Shown: piece by piece, positions 38,757 to 46,661 of the stretch
Layout: every line of letters starts with the position of its first letter
Position numbering within the stretch: the first letter of the stretch is position 1
Assembly (NCBI GenBank): GCA_963770835.1
Contig: CAVYRH010000011.1
Coordinates: forward strand, 128,001-192,000
Direction: 5' to 3'
DNA from: an uncultured Pseudomonadota bacterium
GTDB lineage: Bacteria; Oederibacteriota; Muellerivitia; Muellerivitales; Muellerivitaceae
DNA: 64,000 nt
Position numbers and translations under genes: made by a program
The notes under the pieces: generated by a model
Seen by the model: the letters and a program-made list of their open reading frames with translations, nothing else
Databases searched by the model: none
Told to the model about the DNA's origin: nothing

Positions 38757-39695
38757 CTATCCAGTGACTTTAACGGTAGTCGACAAACTCTTAAGGTCCT
38801 CAACGTTGGAGATTCGGTTGTTCGTATCCACCTTCCTCACCAATGTGCTGTAGGTCTTTCCTGGCCCTATTTCCACCCAGGTGCGGAACCCTCTGAGGTT
38901 GACGGCTTGGACGGTTTTCACCCAATCCACGGGTTTTGAATACTGTTTGGTGAGGACATCCCTTACCGCTTCGATGGTCCCCACATATTCTCCATCGCTG
39001 GAGCGATGGAGGGCGATTTTAGGGTTCTTGAGTGGTTTCCCTTCGAGGCATTTGGTCAACAACCGGTCCAAATCATCTTCCAATTCAGTGGCTTTCCCTG
39101 AAAAAAGAGGTCCCCGTGATGGTTGGAGGTTGCTTTTTATCTGGCGGATTCCTTGGACTTCAGTCTGTAAGGAGAAAATTGCTTCCTTGGGCCCCCAAAC
39201 CATGAAGGTGTCGGGCGCCAGATATTGAGTGATGGTGAGTTCTCCTTCCTCGCGGGTGAGAATAGGTTTCAGTTGTTCCAGGGGCACACCGGTTAGAAAC
39301 AGAGCTTCACCGTCGTGTTTTTGAGCAAATTTCTCCAAAATTTCAGTGCGTTTTACCACGTATTGCAGGGCGTTGGGATAAGGCAGGCATTCGGCGGCTA
39401 CCAGGGCGGCCACTTCTCCCACGCCAATTCCAGTGAGCGCCTCCGGTTTGCGGCGGTTTTGAACCAGGGGGTCGAAAAAGGCCACATCGCAGAGAAAAGT
39501 AATAAGGTGCGCGTTTAAAAGCTGGTCCAATTCTTCCTGGGGGCCCAGGAAGCAGACCTTGGCGATCTTACGCTCCAACAGTTTTTCGGCTTTGTCAAAG
39601 GTGTCCCGGACGGTCAGGGACTTAGCATAAAATTCCTTTCCCATTCCCACATACTGGGAACCTTCGTTGGGAAAAATGGCGGCAATGCGGGCCAT
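38757..39695 (-). CDS. FabD/malonyl-CoA:ACP transacylase-like protein with degenerate active site
   Basis: FPNEGSQYVGMGK, Q..PVDW and EIGPGK motifs are present, but GHS(L/V)GE is replaced by GIGVGE. Confidence 0.85.
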   Translation of the reverse strand: MARIAAIFPNEGSQYVGMGKEFYAKSLTVRDTFDKAEKLLERKIAKVCFLGPQEELDQLLNAHLITFLCDVAFFDPLVQNRRKPEALTGIGVGEVAALVAAECLPYPNALQYVVKRTEILEKFAQKHDGEALFLTGVPLEQLKPILTREEGELTITQYLAPDTFMVWGPKEAIFSLQTEVQGIRQIKSNLQPSRGPLFSGKATELEDDLDRLLTKCLEGKPLKNPKIALHRSSDGEYVGTIEAVRDVLTKQYSKPVDWVKTVQAVNLRGFRTWVEIGPGKTYSTLVRKVDTNNRISNVEDLKSLSTTVKVTG

Positions 39696-39763
39696 GGTGA
39701 CCTGTCCTCGAAATTAAAAATGAGGGCGTAGTTTAGCAGGTTCTTTGAAAGGAATGGCGGACT

Positions 39764-40436
39764 TTAAGGTTTAGCCTGGGAGAGAAAACTCATCACTTGA
39801 TCCTCGCCGCCAAAGCCCACCATCTGCCGGGAGACCCCGTTATCGGGATATTGGACGACCAAGGTTGGAAAGCCTCTGACTTGATACTTCGATTGTAGTT
39901 CGGCCACGTCGCCTGGGTTCTTTCCTTCTTCTCGCCGTAGGTCCATCACCACAACGGGTACGAAGAGACCGTTAATTTTGGCGGCGTCCCGGGGATTCTC
40001 GAAAACCTTGGCATCCAAAATCTTGCACCAGCCGCACCAGTGAGCGGTGAAATCGTAAAGGATGGGCTTCCCGGTTGCCTGGGACATCTTCAGCCCTTCA
40101 GTTAGGTTGAAGCCATACGATAGAACCGGCCTCCGCTGTCGATCCCGTTGCGGCTCTAGAAGCCGTAGAAGAACCGACCTCGACCGGGGCTGGGAAGATT
40201 TGATCCCAATAAACGGCGCTCAAACCAGCGGTCAGGCAAAACCCCATCGCCGCCAAAACTAAAAGGCTCCAACCACCTTTTTTCTCGATCTTCACGATAC
40301 CCAACACCACCGAAACACCGGCAAATAGAAGTCCCAAAAAAGGAATAAGTGAGCCAATGCCGACCATGTAACACCAACCTTCCAAGCGTGGCTTGGGCTC
40401 GTCGATGCCTTCGAAATGGACAGATAAAGGTGACAT
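39764..40436 (-). pseudogene. Membrane-anchored thioredoxin-family protein split by a +1 frameshift at about 40109 (probably an assembly error)
   Basis: The upstream ORF (2 TM) ends ...IVWLQPN*. Removing 1 nt gives ...IVWLNLTEGLKMSQATGKPILYDFTAHWCGWC...VRGFPT. Confidence 0.75.
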
Positions 40437-40469
40437 GGGAAGATTGTAAGCTTTAAGAAGGCAATTGTC

Positions 40470-41177
40470 CTAGGCTGTTTCAGCTTGCTCCATGGCATTT
40501 TTGGCTGCCAACATCATGTCGCGGGTCATGTCGGCAATGGCGGGAAAACTGCGGATTTCCTTACTGGTCAAGGCACGGCCGTAATAGTTTCGGGCCTCCT
40601 TGTATTGGCCCAGGCGGCGATAAAGCTCCCCGATCAGGTAAAGGACGCCTGGTTCCCCCAGCTTTTCCGGCAAGTCACCTCCCTTTTCATGAAAATCCTG
40701 ATAAGCCTTGGCGGCTTCAGTCATAGCCGCCCTCTCTTTTTCGCGGTTTTGGGCCAGTCGGTAAATCCAGACCAAATGCATATAAAGACCCGCCAAGGTG
40801 CCCAGTTCCGAATAAGTACGCATTTTGGTGAAGGCAACGGCCAACTCATGCCGTTTAGCGGCGACTTCTGGAGTCAAGGAACCCAGGGAGAAAATGTCCG
40901 GTTTTTTCACGTTGGCCTGCCGGATCTTCTTGGTGGCCTCAATAACCTTGGGTTCGTAATCGGCACGGATGGAGTCGAAATCCTTGTTTAAGGCCGCAAA
41001 GGTGCATTGAGGACAGGCGGTGACGGCATAGAAATAAGCGCATTCACCGTCGTAAATATTCCCAAAGTCGGTCATCTTTTCTTTGATCTTGATGACGGAG
41101 GAGCGCATACGGGTGGTCTCGAACTCGAACTGGCAGAAGGGGCATTTTACTTTTTTGTTCCAAAGCGGGGTGCTCAT
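40470..41177 (-). CDS. DUF2225-like protein (two CxxC motifs plus TPR)
   Basis: KKVKCPFC..EF, CPQC.FA and YLIGELYRRLG; ATG 41177 after GGAG. Confidence 0.85.
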   Translation of the reverse strand: MSTPLWNKKVKCPFCQFEFETTRMRSSVIKIKEKMTDFGNIYDGECAYFYAVTACPQCTFAALNKDFDSIRADYEPKVIEATKKIRQANVKKPDIFSLGSLTPEVAAKRHELAVAFTKMRTYSELGTLAGLYMHLVWIYRLAQNREKERAAMTEAAKAYQDFHEKGGDLPEKLGEPGVLYLIGELYRRLGQYKEARNYYGRALTSKEIRSFPAIADMTRDMMLAAKNAMEQAETA

Positions 41178-41202
41178 TGTTTTTCTCCGGAAAAAGGTGA
41201 CC

Positions 41203-41355
41203 AAGTATAACCTAGGGAAAGGAGTTGCGGAAGGCCGTCTGGATGATCCGTCAGGGGGAAGAGTCCTGCCGAGGAGGTCTGGGAAGGTTATCATAGATCC
41301 CAAAAAGATAGGAAACTGAACCACCAAAGGCCAGAAGGCAAACCTAAGTTGACTT
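41203..41355 (-). ncRNA. Candidate rod-shaped structured RNA (unassigned; possibly 6S-like)
   Basis: Nested helices on the - strand: AACUUAGG/CCUAGGUU, UUGC/GCAA, GGCC/GGCC, UUUGG/CCAGA, UGGUUC/GGAUCA, UCCU/AGGA, UUUGGGA/UCCCAGA. Non-Watson-Crick positions are G-U on the - strand. Confidence 0.4.
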
Positions 41356-41400
41356 TTTTACCATGGAGTTGTTTTACTCCGAAATAGACGAAGATCGGGA

Positions 41401-42681
41401 CTAACCTCCGAAGAGGGTCATAAGCCGTCCTATGTTTTTAAGATAAGTGGGCACCACGTCCGCGCAAAGGATAAGAGAAGTTCCAGTGCGGTCCGTAAAA
41501 CGGGTGGCAATAGTCAGGCAAAATAGGCCCGTAGCAGGGGAAATATAGGGGTCGCTCGTGTAGGTATTACGGTCGTAACGGGCTTCCATGAGATTATAGT
41601 AATAATCCCGCATCGAATAATTGGTTCCCTTGGGGGGCAAGCGGAAAACGCCCTTCCGTGTCTTTTGAACCGTCTTGCAGGACATCAAGGTGACTTGAAT
41701 TCCCCTCTGGTCCAGGACGTAAATGGCCTCCGCAATAGGATGGCTTAAATGGATACTGCACAATTTCCCATCCATCTCCTCCAGGGTTAGAGTGGAAAGT
41801 TCGCTGATGAAAGCTTCCATCATTAGGCTGTAGCGCTCGTGCTGCATCTTGCGGATATTGAATTTGTCCACCATGCGTTGGCGGAATTTGTCGGCCACGG
41901 GGTCCATAATATTGGTGATGGCTCCCACGAAATCGACACTGGGCTCCTGGGGTTCGGAAATGTAATACCCTTGGAGAAGGTCAGCACCCAATTCCATAGT
42001 CTCCAGGGTCTCCTCCTCAGTCTCTACGCCTTCCGCCAGGACCAAAGCCCCGATCTTTTGGGACAAGCTCACCAAGGATTTAAAGACTTCCTGGCGATAA
42101 TAATCCTCCTGCAGGTTCATAACCAGGGAACGGTCAATCTTGAGAATGTCAGGTTGGATGATTGGAATTCGGTCCAAATTGGAATGCCCTTTACCGACAT
42201 CATCCAAGGCCACCAGAAAGCCGTTCTCGCGGTGGATTTGTACAAAACGTGCCAGGGCATCCACATTTTTAACTTTCGACTCCAGGATCTCAATCACGAT
42301 AACAGTCGGGTCCATATTCAACTGACGGCAAAGGTGTAGCAGGTTTAATGTACCCACTTCTTTGTCGATAACTGAGGTTTCGAAATTCAAGCTTAAAAGA
42401 AGTTCTTGCGGCCCGGGACAGCACTGTTTGAACGTTTCCAAGACTTTTTTGCGGAATAGGCGATCCAACTCAAGGGTCAGCCCAGCTTCCTTAGCGGTCT
42501 TAAGAAGCGCCAAGGGGGATATCAGTTTTCCTGAAAGTGGATGGATGCCCCTCGAAAGGCCTTCAAACCCGATAACCTTTTTTTCACGGATGGAAAGGAT
42601 TGGCTGGAAATGGACCTCGACCATTTCACGGTCAAGGATCGTTTTGAGGTCCAGTTCGCTGAAGTCGGCGGTGGAAAGCAA
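41401..42681 (-). CDS. EAL-domain c-di-GMP phosphodiesterase with C-terminal Cache/PAS-like domain
   Basis: FQPI, EGLSR, SLN, IEILE, ALDDVGKG, KIDR, AEGVE and QGY; C-terminal DPYIS.ATG..CLTIA. Confidence 0.93.
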   Translation of the reverse strand: MLSTADFSELDLKTILDREMVEVHFQPILSIREKKVIGFEGLSRGIHPLSGKLISPLALLKTAKEAGLTLELDRLFRKKVLETFKQCCPGPQELLLSLNFETSVIDKEVGTLNLLHLCRQLNMDPTVIVIEILESKVKNVDALARFVQIHRENGFLVALDDVGKGHSNLDRIPIIQPDILKIDRSLVMNLQEDYYRQEVFKSLVSLSQKIGALVLAEGVETEEETLETMELGADLLQGYYISEPQEPSVDFVGAITNIMDPVADKFRQRMVDKFNIRKMQHERYSLMMEAFISELSTLTLEEMDGKLCSIHLSHPIAEAIYVLDQRGIQVTLMSCKTVQKTRKGVFRLPPKGTNYSMRDYYYNLMEARYDRNTYTSDPYISPATGLFCLTIATRFTDRTGTSLILCADVVPTYLKNIGRLMTLFGG

Positions 42682-42920
42682 AATTCAGGCTCCTTAAGGA
42701 AAAATAGTAGGAAGAAATCGATAATAAAAAATTGTACCGTAAACTAGCGGTTAAGAGGTTACGGATTCGTATCAAGGCTTTCTTTTCCAAGTACTTTTTA
42801 TATAGCGAGGTTTAAGGGTCGGCCGGAACCCAATTTTCTCAGTGATTTAGACTTTTTTGCCTATATTTTTTCTGATTTTTGGTTTAGGACTACCCTTAAA
42901 AGAACAGCCAGCGGTCAGGG

Positions 42921-43688
42921 TTACTGGTTTTTGAGATTGAACGAAAAGGTGATGACCCCCGATTGGTCCTCTTGCGGTATGTTCGGGTCGAGGGGCTCGA
43001 ATTCCCATTGAACCATGGCGTCATAGACTGCCCGATCCAATTCACGGTAGCCGGAGGTTTGATCCAATTGAAGGTCGTCCTCACGCAAAAGACCGTTGGG
43101 TAGTACGGTTAAGCGGAACTTGACTGTAGCCTCGATACCTTGCTTTTTAGCCCAATCGGGATAGGCTGGATTCACTTGGTGTTTGATGGCGCGGGATGCC
43201 AATTCCCCCTCGATCGTGGGGCTTCCCTCGGGTGAACCCGCCACACCCGCATGACCCAGCCCGTTGGTGGTTTTAATCTGGGCCGTTACATCTTTTTTAT
43301 TCTCAAGGCCAATCGGGGCTTCATTGGTTAGATTTTCCAAATATTGCTCGGTGGGCGCGTTGCCGGAGTGGGTTTTGGGTTTGAGTGGTTGTTTCATAGC
43401 TACTTCCGACCGTTCCACGTTCGGAGGAGGCGGGTTCGTTCGGGTTTGACTCGTTGAACCGAACTCGCCATTGGTGGCGGCCAAGGGAAGCTGGTTGGGG
43501 GCTTCCCCGCTTTGAGCCGAAGGTGAACCCATGCCATAACCCTTGGACATCTGGCCGATGAGGGTCAATTGCATCATCAAGGGCGTGTTTACCACCAAAA
43601 AGGACCGGTAAATAAGAAAAAGGGCAAGCAATAGCAACCCATGAAAAAGGGTGGAATAAAGGATTGATTTTTGAAATTCCCGGTCCAT
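42921..43688 (-). CDS. tonB: TonB-family energy transducer
   Basis: N-terminal TM with S...H, Pro-rich linker, and C-terminal P.YP..A...GIE..V and SG...LD.A......W.FEP. Confidence 0.9.
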   Translation of the reverse strand: MDREFQKSILYSTLFHGLLLLALFLIYRSFLVVNTPLMMQLTLIGQMSKGYGMGSPSAQSGEAPNQLPLAATNGEFGSTSQTRTNPPPPNVERSEVAMKQPLKPKTHSGNAPTEQYLENLTNEAPIGLENKKDVTAQIKTTNGLGHAGVAGSPEGSPTIEGELASRAIKHQVNPAYPDWAKKQGIEATVKFRLTVLPNGLLREDDLQLDQTSGYRELDRAVYDAMVQWEFEPLDPNIPQEDQSGVITFSFNLKNQ

Positions 43689-43721
43689 GCGCGAAACCTT
43701 TATCAACAACAGAATCTTCGG

Positions 43722-44150
43722 CTAATTGGGCTTGGCTTGACTTCCGTTATCAAGTTCCACGGCAATTCCTACCTTGGTTACTCCCGCCAGGTAAGCCTTG
43801 GACATGACATCCGTCACCGTGCCATGGGAAACGTTCTTGTCCGCGTTAATCATAACGAGGGCCTGGGGTTTGACGCGCATGATCGCAGTCAATTGGGCAG
43901 TGAGGTCTTCCAAAGGCGTTTCCTTGTCGTTCAAGTAAACCTTCCCCCCTTGGGTCACTGTCAAGGTGACGGTCTCCGGCAGATTCGGTGACGGCGCGGC
44001 CACCTTAGGCAGTTTCACCTGGAAATCGCCTTGGAAAAGAAAGGGCGTTGTCACCATAAAGATAACCAACAACACCAGCACCACGTCGGTAAATGGAACC
44101 ATGTTGATTTCGGCCATGAGCTTTGTCGCGGGCCGCAAACGGCTTTGCAT
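43722..44150 (-). CDS. exbD: ExbD/TolR biopolymer transport protein
   Basis: EINMVPFTDVVLVLLVIFMVT and INADKNV.HG. Confidence 0.93.
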   Translation of the reverse strand: MQSRLRPATKLMAEINMVPFTDVVLVLLVIFMVTTPFLFQGDFQVKLPKVAAPSPNLPETVTLTVTQGGKVYLNDKETPLEDLTAQLTAIMRVKPQALVMINADKNVSHGTVTDVMSKAYLAGVTKVGIAVELDNGSQAKPN

Positions 44151-44179
44151 AAGTCAGCCTCCAGTGAAAATGTGGAACT

Positions 44180-44794
44180 TTAACTTCCGATGCGCTCGGA
44201 CATTTCCGAAATGACGATTTCCGCTTCCTGGGACATGGCGTTTAGCCGGGCTTGAAACCAGTTGTAAATAAAGACCGCCGTAATGGCCACGAAAAGTCCC
44301 GTGGCGGTCGCCACCAGGGCTTCAGCGATGCCTTGGGACACCACCGCCGCGCCCCCGGCATTCGCCAGGGCGAGATCCCGGAAGGCGTGAATTATGCCCA
44401 AAACGGTGCCAAAAAGGCCCACAAATGGGGCGATGGAGCCAATGGTCGCCAGGAAGGGCAGGCGCTGTTCCAGCTTCAAAAGCTGAATCTTGGCTTCCCG
44501 TTCCATGCTTTCAGGAATATCCATCTTGTCGGACTTGGCCTTTAATCCGGCCCGGATGATTTTGGCCAGGAAAGAGCCGTTTCGGTCGCAGGCCTCTATG
44601 CATTCCTGGTAGTTGCGCTTGTTAAGGAAGGGTTCCAGGCCGGCCATGACCTCTTCCCGGCTTTTAAAATGGGCCTTGAAGTAGTTCCAACGCTCCCAGA
44701 GGACGGCGAAGACCACGATGGACATTAGCACTAAAAACCCAATGGTCCAGCCCCCTTTCAACATGACGGCGATCAACGAAAAATCTTGAGACAT
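44180..44794 (-). CDS. exbB: MotA/TolQ/ExbB proton channel
   Basis: LATIGSIAPFVGLFGTVLGII and GIAEALVATATGL. Confidence 0.94.
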   Translation of the reverse strand: MSQDFSLIAVMLKGGWTIGFLVLMSIVVFAVLWERWNYFKAHFKSREEVMAGLEPFLNKRNYQECIEACDRNGSFLAKIIRAGLKAKSDKMDIPESMEREAKIQLLKLEQRLPFLATIGSIAPFVGLFGTVLGIIHAFRDLALANAGGAAVVSQGIAEALVATATGLFVAITAVFIYNWFQARLNAMSQEAEIVISEMSERIGS

Positions 44795-44808
44795 TGAAAA
44801 CCTCCAGT

Positions 44809-46661
44809 TTAAAAAATAAGATCCACGCCCGCGCGAACATGGTATACGGGTTCCAGATAGCCAGGTTGAATATCAAAGGCTTGTCCCCAAAGATTATCCC
44901 CATTCAACCATAGGGAAAAAGTCTTGCTCAAATGGTAGGTGGCGTCAAGCCCCAAGGTGGCATAGGCCGGTAATGTGCCCGGTAATGACTCAAAAGCTTG
45001 CCGCTCCGAAACCATCTGAAGCTCCAACCGCGTTTCAAGTATTTCATCCCCCCGATAAACTGAGAGGATTCCGCGGTTCACGGGAAGGTTGGTCAGATTT
45101 TTTCCATCGCCGGTTTGGTTCAGCCCCTGCGTCCACTGGTAGGTGGCCGCGGCCTGCCAATCTTTCATGAAATTCCATTGCAAGTTGGCGGCAGCCTTGT
45201 TCAACATCACATGGGCAAGCGTGGAATAATTCTGGATGTAAACGGGATTGGAGGCGTTGATGTCCGTCCATTGGTGGTAACCTTGGATTTGAGCCGTGGA
45301 GGCAGAAAGGGATAAAAGGATAGCTTCCGTCAGTTTTTGTGTAAACCGGCCACCCCATTCATAGGTTACCTCGGTGGGAGAAGGAAAGCCGGTTTCCGGA
45401 CTGACGTGTTCCGCGCCCATGAAGGTCTTGTTGAAGCTTTCCACATAGCGGTCGGATTTCCAGTAAAGATTCAATTGGGTATTGCCGAAGACCCGCCACA
45501 GGAAATCTGCTTCCGGGTAGAGCTTCAAGGGTAAATTCAGGCCATCCCCTGCTTGGGCCTGCAGTTTAAGGGTAAGCCCCAAGTTTTCCCCGTCCTTGAA
45601 ATAGCCCTGCATCCCCAACCAACCCCAGTCATATCCCGTGGCCGCGGGTAAGACAAAATCCGAGGTCGAATGATTGACTCCCGAGTCCATTGAAAACCTG
45701 TTGAGGAAATCCCCCAAGTCGTCGGCGGTCAATCTTAAACCGTCCTTCCCATTCTTGGGTTTGATTGCCCATGGCCGATTGGTCCCAATAATGAAGGTAG
45801 GTGTCCTGGTTTGTGACGTTCAATTGGGACTGGACCAAGTCGGAGAATTTCCAATGCCCTTCCAAGTTCAAGTTGATTCCGTCGTGGGTCTCCCGAATGG
45901 AGTTTTGATAAGGCAGTTCGGCGTCCAGTCGCTTGAAATCGCCCGACAAAAGAAGGTTTTGGGGGGCCAATGGAAAAAGATTGATCTGCCCGCCGAAGCC
46001 GAACCGCTTGTCCCCGTCAAATCCTGAGGAAGTGGACTCCCCGCCCCAATTGGAATCAAAGCCTGACAGAAGGTATTGGAAATCCTTAAATTCCTGCCCA
46101 AAAAGTCCCCAACCACCATAGGTATCGGGCACTCCACCGCCCAAATGCAAAACCAAGGCCGTATCCTGGGAAGGGCCAGCTTCCTCAGTGGCGAGTGCCG
46201 TGAAAGTCTTACTCAGACCCGGAAGATCGTTGATATCCCTTTCCACACCCGTCAAATCGTGGCTGCCCATGGTGATGTCATTAGCCTTCTGGTCCAGTCT
46301 TTGCGCGCTGATGGTGAGTTCGTTTTCACCGGTGATGACCACTTCGGGCAGCGAGAATTCGGGTACGGCTGTTGGGCGGTTGGTAACCGGGGCTTTTTCC
46401 CCTTCTCCTTGGGAAGGCTTCACCCCAGCCGAAGGGACTTGGTTGGATTCAGTCGGCACGGCCTCAGGTTTTGAAAGGGTGACCGGGGCCTCGGAAACAG
46501 CCTGGTTAGGAGCGGATTCAGTCGAAAGATCCGTTCCCTGTAAGGCTGGCGCCGTCGAGGGAGTAGGTTGATCCTGGGCGAACGTAAAAGCAGGTAACGG
46601 CAAAGGTCAAAATGAGCAATCCACTTTCAATTCGGTGAAAGGTTTTGTATTTGGGAATCAC
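44809..46661 (-). pseudogene. TonB-dependent-receptor-like outer-membrane beta-barrel, interrupted by two +1 frameshifts (about 46598 and 45733; probably assembly errors)
   Basis: GTG 46661 overlaps the TPR stop. The repaired signal peptide reads ...LLILTFA-LPAFTFA/QDQ. TonB-box-like LPEVVITG, and a C-terminus LPAY..LGL...Y......L.L..DNL...VRAGVDLIF. Confidence 0.75.

Noticed and set aside
41178..41327. N-terminal extension of the DUF2225 ORF to 41327
   Set aside because: A better ATG with GGAG lies at 41177, and the extension overlaps the putative structured RNA and promoter region.
41335..41400. c-di-GMP-I riboswitch suggested by GGCAAACC next to the EAL gene
   Set aside because: The following GAAA tetraloop and GGxCGCAAAGC elements are absent, and the orientation and position (3' end of the EAL gene) do not fit.
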